Assembly (NCBI GenBank): GCA_016748015.1
Contig: JAAOMT010000571.1
Coordinates: 155,256-219,255 of the forward strand
Source of the DNA: Geosiphon pyriformis uo1
Lineage: Eukaryota; Fungi; Glomeromycota
Direction: 5' to 3'
Length of the DNA: 64,000 bases
The notes beneath the pieces were generated by a model, which ran no database searches, was not told the origin of the DNA, and saw only the letters and a program-made list of their open reading frames with translations. The number at the start of each line of letters is the position of its first letter. The first letter of the stretch is position 1. A program made the translations under genes and the position numbers. This document shows, piece by piece, positions 9,834 to 23,160 of this stretch.

Positions 9834-11070
9834 TTATATTAGTATAAGTAAATTTATTATACCAACTTAAATTAAATAGACACTTAACAAGTTTTAATAT
9901 ATAAACTTATAATAGTAACTAATTAATTATTTTTAAACAATTAGATTGATAAAAACCTATTAAAAATTTCAGAAATTTTGAAAATATGTTTGATTAAATG
10001 ATTATTAATAATTATTACAATATTAATATCTAAAAAATTTAAATTAAAATTAAAAATTTAAATTTACATATTATTAAATTGTTTATAATTTATAATTTTA
10101 TATTTGAATAAAATTTTGCTTTAATAATAATTAAAATATTATTTTTTAAATTTTTATGTTATTTAATAATATTATTTTATTTAATAAAAATATTTATGCT
10201 TTTAATATTATATATAGTTATTTTTTATATTAAATTATTTATTAAAAACAGAATAAAAATATTAGATTACTATTCAAACAAAAAAAATTTAACTTTTTTA
10301 AAACTGTTTTAATTAATTTTTTTAAAACTAACATATTAGTTTTTAAACCACCAATTTTGGCAGGAAAAACTTTTAAATTATTTGTAGTTAAATTTAAAAA
10401 ATAATTTATAATACTAAATATAACAAATTGCTTTAATAATAACTTGTTTATTACTATATTTATAATTAGAATAATATTATGTAAAATCAGTTTTTTAAAA
10501 CTTAACAACAAGAAAAAAAACAAAAAAATCCAGTTTTTATAAAATTTTAAAGATTTAATTAATTAAAATTTTCAAAAACCATTTTAATATATTCAAATAA
10601 AATTAAAAGTTAATATTATAGAAATATAAACAGATAAATTGAATAAATTATTTGCTATTAAAACATCTTAAATTAAATTATTAAAAAAAATAAAAAATGT
10701 ATTATAAATAATTAAAGCTTATGTTTTACTACTAAAAAGAACCAAATAAAAAATTAAAATATGTTTTTTGCATATATATATATATAAAATACATTTTATT
10801 AAACTCAAAAAATATTTTTTTAATACAATTTAGTACTTTTTACCAAACATACAATTGCTTAAAACATGACTATTTTTTTTATATTTAATATATAAAAAAA
10901 ATAAATTAGTTTAAAATAAATCAAATTTAAATAAATAATAGTTTTTTTAAAAATAGTAAAATTAAAACATATTACAATATAATATATTTATACAGAATTT
11001 TTATTTATTAAAATTAACTATTTAAAGACAACTAAATTAATGACTTTAATACTTTTAAACTTAATTAGTG

Positions 11071-13400
11071 TTTTTTATTATTATTAGAGTTTAACAAACA
11101 AGATTCAACCACTATTTAATACAATATAACCACATAGAGTCTTAAATTAAATGTGACTTATGCATTTTCCACATGTAACCAGCTACTCAAGCCAGTTCAG
11201 GTTATACTACGTTGATGCACTAGTAGAAAACTTACCCAAAAACAACATCTTTTGAATAACAAGAAACAAAGTTGTATTGTAAGAAATCAATCTAATCAGT
11301 CATTCAGCTGTCTTCAAGGTATTAGCTTTAATATTAATAGATTCATGTTTCTAAAAAGACATCAAGTTAGAAAACACTTCATCATTTAAACCAACTGGAT
11401 GCTCTGAATTACCAGACATATTAATATCTTCCATGCAGTATTTTTTTTTAAGAAACCACTTCTTTCCCCAACTTACCAACAATTTTACTAAAAGAACCCA
11501 AATGTATCATAACTTCATTGACTTTAAGGCCAAGTTTACTGCTTGAGACCAAATCTGTATTAATAAATTGTTTAAACAATTTGACCAAGGAACCAACTGG
11601 TTTAATAATAGACTTAACTAAAGCAGAAAGCTTGATCAAATCAGACTTCAAAGAAGCCAACCAAAAAGACACCAAGAGATTACCAACAATTATAGAAGAA
11701 GAAATAGGAGCTGTCAAAGGAGAAAACTCAGAAGAATCCAAGGAAGCAAAAGCTTTTGCATAAAAAATACTACTCACAAAATGTGTTCTAAATACTTTGG
11801 AAGTCTTGGGAGGTAGAGGCAGAGAAACTTTGCAGTTTACAGCCAAATGGCCCAATTTTTAATACTTAAAGCAATGTTGACAACCAAAAGTTTTCCACCA
11901 AATATGGCATTTTTTTAAGATACCAGTTTTGACAACCACAGAATTCAAATCAATTTAAGAATTAAACATAATCAGAGCAAACTGGAAATGATGACCAGAA
12001 TCAAACAAATGAAGAATAAAACAAGTCTGATCACCAACTTGGAAGATCATATCACTAATCTCAAAAACAATACAGTCAGAAGGGAGATTGACCAACTTGG
12101 TCTTAAACTGATCATGAAACAAAATTGTCTTATTTTGATTGATAAGGAGAAAAATACAAACACTATTTTTGCCCACTAAAATCAACCAATGAGTGAAAGC
12201 AAAAGCAGCAGCATCTAATTTCTTAAAGTAAACAACCACATATTGTCAAACACCAGCAGGTTTCAGCATAACATAAGAAACTTCACCAAAAACACTAAGA
12301 ACTGATTTAATATTAGCAGCAGACATATTCAAAGACATATCATGCAATGCAATAGCAGCAGGAGAATAATTAGACTCAGAAACCACCAAAGACTTGGCAA
12401 TTTTAAGAGAGGCAAGGCAAATAAAGCTTGTAAGTTCAACCAAAAATACAGTATTCAGAGAACTTAGGAAAGCAAACTCCATACAGAAGAGTTTTATATT
12501 GTCCTTAGAAACAGATTTTGCATCCAAAAAACCATGTATAAACTAAAAAACAGCCTTAAAATAAGCCAATTTGACCTTGAAAGTAGTACCAGACACCAAA
12601 GTAGAAGTCATTCATTTAGCAAACTTTTAATAACTAGCAATAGTTTCCTAAGCACCACCAATAGCAGCACTAAAAACCAGAAAAAGAGATGATTTAGTTT
12701 CCATTTGGTCAGCCCAGTTCTCAAAAATAGGTAATACTACAGGAGATAATTGCTTTGCTTCTAAAACTGGTAATAATCTACCAGAAAACTTCACATTTGG
12801 CAACACAGCCAGTGGTTAATCTTGGCCTATCTTGGATAATGTGCTGGATAATGCTATGGAAATTTCATTTAAGATTTCATTAGAAACCACAAAAAATTTT
12901 GGTATAACAATAGCAGAGACAAGTGACTGCTTCCATTTTTCTGAACTTTTGGTCTTTTTGACTATTTTTTTTGAAAATAAGATGTTAGCAACACCAAATA
13001 TTGAAGCTATAGGGAGAAATACCAGTTTGTTGACTGGTTTATTATTAAACACTTTTGGGCTCTTAGTAGGAGTGGAGACAACCTAAGACTAATCCAAATA
13101 TGTCTTTTTGAAAAAAGTTTGACTGGTGAAAAACCAGCCAAAGATAAAGAAGTTGCTTCAGTAGTTATTAAAGACAGCCTTTTATGATTACTAGGTAAAA
13201 AAAAGACTTCTAAAATGTTCTGCCTAGTTGCTTTTACTACAGAGAGAGCTTTTTTAGTTAAAATTTTATTAGATATTTCAAGAAAAATATTAAGTGCAGC
13301 TTTCTTACTCTTTGCTCTGGTCATGATTATAAAATTAAAAAGACAAAGAGCTTTTTTTGGCTTTTTTAGTGTTTTTTGTTAAAAATTAATTAATTGTATT
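11071..13400 (-). mobile_element. Non-autonomous ORF1-only non-LTR element, copy 1 (decayed ORF ~11207-13330)
   Basis: ORF1-like protein (W.ILVGKNSV motif, zinc knuckle CFKY*KLGHLAVNC); the stop is followed directly by a LINE-like 3' UTR and (TAA)n/A tail; no RT; 5' boundary approximate. Confidence 0.75.
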
Positions 13401-13771
13401 TTAATTATTTTTATCTTATTAAATTTAAATAGTATTAAATTTATTATTAATTTAGATAAATTAATTAGATAATAATTTTTTAATCTAATTTAATATAAAC
13501 TTTTTTAAAATTAATATTTAATGAAATTTTTTTACTGATAACCAAAATCTTAGTTTAATTTAAATTTAATTCAAAAGTAAATATTAAATAATGTTTTAAA
13601 ATTTTAAAAAAGTAAAAATTTTCTTAAATTTATTTACTTAATTTTTTTTTTATGTTTAATGAGTAAAGTCCACACACTACCTAGAACTATACATCAAAGA
13701 AATGATCTAAACTAGGCATGAATCATGTGTTTTCTACACGTGACCAGCCACTCAGACCAGTCAGGACAACA

Positions 13772-16700
13772 CTATGCTGTAATAACTACAGAAACTGAAA
13801 AATCTATACCAGAAAAAAATAAATAATGTTTACAAAAACCAAAACAGACCCCGAAAGCTTCAGACATCCCAAGCAATTTAATTACACCAGTAGAAAACTT
13901 CAAAGCTGAACCAGAAATTGAGGTAGAAGCTGAGCCATTCATAGGGATCAGCCCACATTTTTTCATAAAGAGGTGATGTTTAACACGGACCAACCAAATA
14001 TCATCTCTAAAAGCGAGACAAAGAGAATATGCAAAATCAATAATTCTAACACCAGCAACCTTGGGATCATGAAAGACAGAAACAGTTTCCGAGAACCATC
14101 CATTAAAAACAAAACTTTTAAACAGAGCTGATGACACCAAGAAATCTGGAGCACAAGTTGACAACAACTGCAACACACACGAGAAGGAGAGAAAGAGACT
14201 TGAAAGTCTTTTCCAAGATAACATGCCAGAATTCAAAATCTGGCAATGAGCTAAGCTATTGACCATATAAGAAAAAACATGATCCGAAATTTCTACCTCT
14301 GTACAATACAGGCACAGAACACTAAGATAACATTTATCGTAAAAACGCTTCCGAACTGCTACAGGAAGCTGATAGTACAAAGCCTTCATGAAGTAAGTAC
14401 AAGAATCAGCAGTACATCTACTGGTAAAGCTTGTGGCCATGTGCGAATCAGGGTGCCACACCTGGGAAGATCTGAGCCAATCAACATCTGAAAGCAAACC
14501 ATCTACCAGAAAGCTAGAACCAGAACCAACCTCCCAACGTGCATGACAGACAGCTTGAAAAACATCCTGAACAAAGTGCCTAGAATTACCTGAAACTATA
14601 CCACCATCTGCCACCAAAAAATGTTCACTCACACAAGGAGAAAAGAACCAATCAGAGAAAGAAGCAGCATCAGCGAGACCATCAGTATGTTCATTCCCCA
14701 AAATTCCAGAGTGGCCCTTTACCTTGTGCCAGCTGACTTTCAAATTCTTGCTGCAAATGACATTCCTAATGTGTTGACACTCGACCCAACACCAATTGCA
14801 AAAATCAGAACACATCAGACCCAATTCTGATTTGCAAGCATCCAAAGCAGCTTGACTATCTGAAAACAAGCGAACAGAGTGCAACTTTGGCATATACTCT
14901 AGAGCTAAAGCAATGGCCTGCAACTTCGCCAAAGTAGATGAAATCAAACCACGAACACTAACACCCAAACCCAAATTAATGTCCTCAAAAAAGGCTGCAG
15001 CGTCATCTTGACAATCCAGTATGCCCAAATTTTTCAGAGAACCATCCATATAAACAGACAAAATATCAGAACCAACTTGAGAGAGATGATCTCTGACAGA
15101 CACAAAATCATTAGACTCACAAATGTTCTAAGAGCAAACACCAATTAAAGCCGAAAAAGGGGAAACAAACCACCGAAAAATGCAACAAAAAGCTTGAACC
15201 ACTCAGGAACTGGGCCACGAGGATCCAGTCTCTTTTACTGCTTAAAGGTGTACCAGTTGAAGACATCTCCATGACGATTACGAAACTGATCCACAAAGGC
15301 AATGTCATAACATCAGAGAGAAGACAAGAATTTGAAAAACAAAGATTTGTCCAGAACAGTAAACATAGACACCCCATCATAAAGCCAAAAAGCGCTGGCC
15401 AAAGAGCCACCCAAGGATAAATTGTAGTCAAAAAGAATGCAAACCACACCTAACAAAAAATTATTGGAAGCACTAACACAGACATGAGCCGGAAAATTTA
15501 CTAGATGGATGGGGTGTCAACTCAGAACTTGCAAGTTGTGAAACTTATAACTAAACAATTGACCCAAAACCCCACAGAAGTTTGCAAAACTAATAAGTAA
15601 AGCAATTTTGCTTTTAGACTGGCACTGAGAAAAAGATTTCAAACCATAAAAGGAGGGATGGTAAATTGTATCACTAGAAAAATTGAAAGGAAGACCAGAT
15701 TTAAGCTTTAAACTCTTGCAAATCAGAATATCCCATTTGTTGCACACACCAACAGAAACAAAGCTAAACTGTGTTCTATAGCTAATTATGGAATGAAGAA
15801 CTGCTGACACCAGGTACAAGAACTGCTTATCTGAAACTGCTTTTTTCAGAACCAAATTGCTAAAAAAATGAACGTCCAAATGTGCTTTGGCCAAACTAGG
15901 TTTAGAAAGACCATTAGTTAAAAAAAGATACCAAGATACTGATAAGATTTGCCTTTTTTGGCTATGGAAATGGGTAAACTACTGATGAAAAAAGACAGAT
16001 TGCTGATTCTGCTATTAATAGGAATGGCCACAGTTTTGTCATTATTGATTAAAATGTTATTGATCCGAAAAAATTCACTAGCAATATTGAGAATATATTG
16101 AGTAGCAGCCTGACTGCTGCCAACCCAAATTGTGTCATCAACAAAGGCTCTAGCAGCAAAAAAGAAAGAAAACCCAGCTTGAAATTCAGTATGACTACTT
16201 CTGGAGACAAAATGAGAATTGAGTCTATAATTATACACACTTTTCTGACACCTGACTTCACACAAAAGTGGGTCATAAAAAATGCACCAAAGAAGAGGTG
16301 AAAAAACTTTCCCTTGGTCCAACCCATCATGTACATGATAGCCATCAAATAAACCAAAATTTGTCATAACCCGATTGGTCCAATTTCTATGAATATTACC
16401 AAAAAACCAAATAAATTTGCCACACATTTTGATCTTGACCAAACACTTCTCGAGATGCTCCTATCTAACAGAATTGTATGCTTTTTACATGTCCTGTAAC
16501 ACCAGCCAGAGCTTCCGATTTTTTTTCAAAGCATCCTCAACAACCAAACCAATAGCAAAAATAGGAGTTTGAGTTGTTGTACCCTTCAAGACTGAAAAAT
16601 TATCTCCATGAAGAATGTCATGAGTACTGTATGCTAGTGATATTCTGTCAGAGAGAATCTTGAAGAGAATTTTGTAAGCTGTTTTGATCAAAGCTATAAG

Positions 16701-18449
16701 TTGGGTGTTCATGAGAACTCTTTCTCACTCATATGGTTTAGGAATCATCAAAATCCAGACTTCTTTCTAAGGACCAGGCACAGATTCACAAGATAGGCAA
16801 AAATTTAGAAGCATCAACAACATATCCAAAACAGACCTATCACAATGTTTCCACAACTTATTTGAAATACCCGAAAGACTGGCAGCCTTGCCATCAAGTA
16901 GATCAGAAACCACACCAAACAATTCCAAAAACTTAATTGGTTGCATCACACTCCAAAAAGCTTCATCAAAAACATAGCTTAAAGGCTTATACTGATGGTA
17001 CCACTCTTCTGGGATATCAGGAACCACCTTATACTTCCTAGTCCAGCCTTCCATGATTTCATTCATCTTTGATTATACAGGACCAGATTCCAAAATTAGC
17101 TCATTGTTCACAACCAAGTAATCCAAAATGACCTTGTGGAAAAGATGCTCCAGAACACTTCAAATAGTGTGATCTTTGTTCAGCTTAAAACTCTCTATCT
17201 TCTTGTTGATTGCCAATTTGATTTGAGATTCCTTCCCATGCTTCAATTCTGCCAGTTTAAGTAAGTGATAAATTTTTTTGACTTTGGAGAAAGCTGACCA
17301 AATGGTATTAAAAGGAGAGCTGGAAAGAAAGAAAGATCTGACTATGGAAGCATTATTATCATCAAGAGAACCCCAGACATCTAACAGTGAAATGAACTCA
17401 TTATGACAAGTTGACTGAGAAGTTTTAACCAATCTCGATACTAAAAGTTCTAATTTATGAAATTTAGATGATTCTTTAGTGAAGACATCATTATAGTCCT
17501 TGAACCATTTCTTTTTAAACACCTCATTGGCCAAAAAAACCATAATTTTGCGAACAACATCCCACATTGCATCCAAATCTGAGAATCCTGCAGTGGCAGC
17601 AAACTCATTCGAGAACATTGTGGCATTAGCTGATGTGACAATCTTAAAATCAATTCATTTACTCTCATCAGCACCCTTGAAGTCAAACTTCCATTGGTCT
17701 TTATTTGCTTGCTTGTGAAGAGAGTTTAACTGCATATTCAAAAGTCCACCCAAACCCACAGACACAGAAACAGATTGGTGATTTATGTTAAAATGCTTAC
17801 TGACTTCTAAAACATCACAATTTATTATCACATTAACCAAGTTTGGAGATACAAACATATAATCAATTGTCTTCCTGATACCCTTAAAATTCACTCACAT
17901 AGGCTCCTTAATAGCTAGACTACCAACCAAGAAATTAACTAGTCCCAAATCAAGACATTTTTTGAAACTTGCACACTTGTGGGAGCTATTTTCATTAAAA
18001 TCACCACTAAGAATGATGAAAAAAGATTCATTGACTGCCTTCACAATAAGAGAGTTAATATTACCAGCCTGAAAGAACTGAACCACTGAAAAGGCACCAG
18101 CATAAAGTCCCAAAATTGACACTGAAAGTTTGTTCTTGAAAAGCAACTTGATAGACAAAAGCCGACCAGGCACCTTAGAAATTTTACTTACATACTGAGT
18201 CAGAGAAACGTCCATGATTATGGCAACTCCAGCACCAAGAAAACCTGTATCCAAACCAGAGGTAAAAACCCAAACACCATCAAACCTATCTTTGATCTAT
18301 GGCCTGCAGCCAGACCTTAATTTTGTTTCCATAATTATCGAAACCAAATTTCCTATTTTTTTATGCCAATGAACAATGTCTTTCTGCTTAGCAGGGACAT
18401 TGATACTTTGAATATTGCACATAACAAATTTCCAAACCAGATCTGTTAT
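13772..18449 (-). pseudogene. LINE ORF2: AP endonuclease, RT, RNase H, C-terminal Cys/His motif
   Basis: WKF..CNI.S, ETKL, GVAII, GDFN, IDYMF (APE); GLDQG..SPLLW and AFVDDT (RT); YMDGSL, SDSQAA, WHKVKGHSG..GNE (RNase H); CLYC...DH. Confidence 0.92.
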
Positions 18450-20246
18450 TGGGAAAGATGAGAAGCAGAAATCAAACTAATATTGTCCAATCTAGCTGAA
18501 AGGCTCATAACTATAACTAAAAGAATTCTCAATGTTTCTTCCATTCTCGAGACAACTGAAGAGTCAAAATTTGCCGCTCCCACAACAGTCTCACCACCAG
18601 TGGCCACACCCAAACTCTAACTCATCACTATATTCACCCCTTGATTCTGTGATGAAAAAGTCATCAACAGCTAACATCCAGGACTAAGCTGGGAAACTGT
18701 TGGCCCAGATGCATTCAACCTCTTAGCCAGCTTATTCACGTGCTTTGCGAGGCTGGCAAGACTGCACTCAAGAGCAGCAAACCTATCATTCAACACTGAG
18801 GATACTTGCAGGGTAGGCTTTATTTCCAAAAAGAAGCCATTGTTCAACAGAACATTTCAAATAAGAAGAGGAAAGAAGAAGGACCCAACAACAATCTTGG
18901 CCCACAAGACACCACCAAAGGAAACAGAATGAGCAACAGGCACCAAACGCTTGGCATAAATGGCTGTCAGTCTGCTTTTATCTACATCTGAAAGAACCCG
19001 ACATGGCAAGCCACCAGAAAATGGTTTCTCACCTGTTACACAGTCTAGAAAGGTATGACCCAGTTTCCCACACTTTGCACATTTAGCAGAACCAAGATAA
19101 AACCAATGAAGATAAGCACTTTTTAACATGGGTGTGGTTCTCATAATAGCATCCAATAATTTCACTAACTCAAAACAAACAATAGCACATCTGGTCCAGA
19201 CATATGTAACTGGATGGCGATCAATCACACATGTTTTCCCATCCACAAAACCAATAAAGTTCCAGATGTTGTAAGTATTTGTTCTCATTGAAAAAGTATA
19301 GAGCAGCACCCTATAATGATCCCTTATATCCCATGTCATTTTGTTCAAATCTGATCTGGCAACATGCACCGCATTTTTCCCAATCAAGATGGACCACTTA
19401 GCTGCTCCTCAAATTCAATAATTGCTTTCTGTCACAGCCCCACCAACTGCATTTTGATTGACTTAATAGTACCAAATTCAGCTAGTACAGTGTGCACAGC
19501 TTCAGTCAATGTTCCAACTGGAATTTCCTTCAACACCACAGCCCAATCTGAGCAACCAGTTGATTTCTTAAGATCGGTGTTCACCAAGATTTTCACATCA
19601 GCAGCTAATTTGGTAGCTTTTATTAAACAAGATTCAGAAGTGAATGTCACTTGGATGATCCCAGAAAATTTTGAGAGGATAGAGGCCCCCCCAAAACCAT
19701 TGATTTTTGAAAATAATTTCCTGACCACAGCCAGCTTGTCCTGAGCAGATTTTCCAGAAATATTGACCAGATCAACATCTAAAGCAAAAGACTTCCTAGC
19801 AAACACATCAACTAATTTTTTGAGAGGAAAGAGAAGCACCACAGGTTCATCCAGAAGAATGTCATCATCATTATCGTTGCCCAGAAAGTTGATTCTGCTC
19901 AAAGGCTTGCCCAGAGCCTGCTTGGTAACCAACCTCGGACCCTTTGGTGTTTGGTTATTGTTTTTTCTTTCAAAAACATCTCCCTCTCCATAATTCACAC
20001 TAGTTTTCTCAACCCAAAACTCCTCCTCCATATTTACACTGTCAGATTCAGTGGTATTACCAGCTTCAGACCCCCAAGAACCACCAACTGGTTTACCAGG
20101 TAAAACCATATTATAAACAACACCGTTTTTTAGAACACCCCTTTTTCTTTTCTTTCTAGAGGCAACATCTTTGCTAACAGTATCCACACTAAAGCCCTTG
20201 ACAGATTTCTTCATTGCAGCCACACTGGGACCAACAATGGTTTCAT
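18446..20246 (-). pseudogene. LINE ORF1 (RRM-like regions plus CCHC knuckle)
   Basis: CAKCGKLGHTFLDC knuckle; located upstream of APE; ends ...SHLSQ*. Confidence 0.85.
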
Positions 20247-20871
20247 AGTTGAGCAGAAATGGTTTTGATTTATCGTACTGAATTGTAAAAAACTTTTTTC
20301 AAAAAAACTTTTGACTTTTTTTTAGGAATTTGGGATAAATGAGAGAAAGAAGTTTTTTTACTTAATAAAATAAGTTTTTAACAATTCTTAATTTATTTTT
20401 CTTAAAACAATTAATATATTAATATTTAATACAAATAGTTTTACAAATACAACAGTTTTTTTTTAACCAACAAAAAAACCTGAATATTTTTGTTAATAAA
20501 AACCAGTAAAAAAAAATTTAATATTTTATTATTCCTCATATTATTAATTAAAAATAAATGTGATAATTTTAACAAATTGTAAATTTAATATAATATTGTA
20601 TTATTTTTATTTTTATTATTCTCTACTCTATTTAAATTTATCTAAAAAGTTTTTTTTATAATTTAATTATACAAATTATTAATATTGTTTATCTTATTGT
20701 CTATTTTATTTTTCTATAATTTATATAAATTATAATTTGTAATATTTAAAACATTTAAAATTAAAAAACCAGCAAATAAATTAACTATAATAATAAAAAT
20801 ACTGTATTTTTTTATTTTTTTATTAGTATTTTTATAAATAAATATAAGTAAAAATCAATGTTTTTTAATGC

Positions 20872-23160
20872 TTTTTATTATTATTATAATTTAACAAGTA
20901 TAATTCAATTACTATTTAAAAATTAGGAACAAACTAAGTATTCTAGTATTAAATACAGTTTATGTACTTTTTACATGTAACCAGCTACTTAAACCAGTTT
21001 AGATTATACTATATTGATATTTTAGAAGAAAACTTATCCAAAAAAGATATCTTCTAAACAATTTCAAATAATATAGCACTATTATTAACTAATTCAACCA
21101 ATTATTCAGTTATTTTAAAGACATTAGTCTTAACAGTAACAGATTTATGTTCTTAGAGTAACATCAAATTAGAAAACATATCATCATCAAAAAAAGATAA
21201 ATCTACATAAGAACCAGATATATTAATATTATTATAGTCATACTCAGCTTTCAAAACAATTATTTTACATTTAAGCTTACTAACAGCTTTGTTAAAAAAA
21301 CTCATATGTATTAAAACTTTATTAACTTTATACTCAAGAATACCATTAGAAACCAAATTACTATTAACAAATTATTTAAACATTTTTACTATAGAACCAA
21401 TAAGTTTAACAATAGAATTGACCAAAGCAAAAAGCTTGGCCAACTCCAATTTTAAAAAGATTAACTGAAAAGAAATCATAGAATTATTAGATATTATATT
21501 AGCAGAAAAAGCTGAACTAACCAAAGAACCAGAGACCAAAAAAAATACAGAAGCAGCAGCTTTAATATATAATGTATTATTAACAACATGAAAGGTAAAC
21601 ATTTTGAGAATTCTAGAAGAGAAAAATAGAAACATCTTACAATCTAAAGCCAAATAATCTGAATCTTGACATTGAAAACAACACTGATTTTCAGAAGTTT
21701 TCTATTAAATACAGCACTTCTTTAGTATACTAATCTTAAATATTGCAGCATTCAAATCAATCTGAAAACCAAATATAATTAGAGCAAACCAAGAATAATG
21801 ACCAGACTCAAAAGAATGAAAAATAAAACATATTCAACTATCAACCTAAAAAATCATATCACTAATTTCAAAAGCTGTATAGCCAAAAAAAAAATTGATT
21901 AACTTGGCCTTAAACCTATTATAAAACAGAATAGTCTTATTTTAATTCATTAAGGAGAGGATTCTAATACTATTCTTGCTTATTAAAACTGACTAATAAT
22001 TCAAAGTAAATACAGCAAAGTCCAACTTTTCAAAATAAACAACCATATATTGCCACTTCAGTATAACACAAGTGATATTACTAAACATATTAAGAGCTGT
22101 TTTAATATTAATAGCTAACATATCATACAATATAACAGCAGCAAAAAAGAAACCAAACTCAAAAACCACCAGAGACTTGGCAATTTTAAGAATGGCCAAA
22201 TTAACAGAACTTGTAAGTTCTACCAAAAATACAGCTTTCAAAAATACTTAAAAAGCAAACTCCATATAAAAAAACTTTATATTATCTTTTGACATTGATT
22301 TTGCATTCAGAAAACCATGTACAAATTGAAAAACAGTCTTAATATAAGCTAATTTAATCTTAAAAGTAATATCAAACACCAGAGTAAAGGCCATTCATCC
22401 AGCAAATTTTTGATAACTAGTAATAATTTTCTAAGCACTATTAATAACAGCACCAAAAACCAAAGAAAAAAATGATTTAGTTTTTATTAGATTAGTTTAG
22501 TACTTAAGAACAAGTAACACTACTGAAAATAATTGTTTTGCTTCTAAAAATAGCAATAATCTGCCAAAAAAATATCATATTTAACAACACAATTAGTGGT
22601 TGATTTTGGTCTATTTTAGATGATGTGTTAGATAATACTATAAAGATTTTATCTAAAATCTTATTGGAAACCATAAAAGAGTTTAGTATAACAATAGTAG
22701 AAATAAGTGACTACTCCTATTTTTCTAAACTTTTGGTCTTTTTGAACATTTTATTTGAAGAAAAAGTACTAGTAGCACTTGATATAAAAGTTATAAAAGA
22801 AAAGACCAATTTGTTGACTGGTTTGATATTAAAAATTTTTAGGCTTTTTAAAGAGGTAGAGACAATACTGAAACTAACCCAAGTATGTCTTTTTAAAAAA
22901 ACTTTGACTGATAAAAAACCAGCCAAAAATAAGGAAGTTATTTCAGTAATTACTAAAAACAGTTTTTTATAATTACTAGATAAAAGGAAGGCTTCTAAAA
23001 CATTTTACTTAGTTGTTTTTACAACAAAGAGAGCTCTTTTAATTGAAATTTTATTAGATATCTTAGAAAAAATATTAGGTAGAGCTTTTTTATTCTTTGC
23101 TTTAGTTGTAGTTATAAAATTAAGGAGACAAAAAGTCTATTTTTTAATACTTAGATAAAA
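20872..23160 (-). mobile_element. Non-autonomous ORF1-only non-LTR element, copy 2 (more decayed; ORF ~21009-23115)
   Basis: Colinear with 11071-13400 (VFLVELTS...LKIAKSLVV; KPVNKLVF); same 3' UTR and tail; 5' boundary approximate. Confidence 0.75.

Larger units (their letters stand above)
13642..20290 (-). mobile_element. Full-length non-LTR retrotransposon (LINE; ORF1 + APE-RT-RNase H), decayed
   Basis: Poly(A) tail at 13642-13651, two ORFs, APE, RT and RNase H motifs; 5' boundary approximate. Confidence 0.92.

Noticed and set aside
10242-10523. 93-aa ORF in the AT desert
   Set aside because: F/L/I/K/N low-complexity product of extreme AT content
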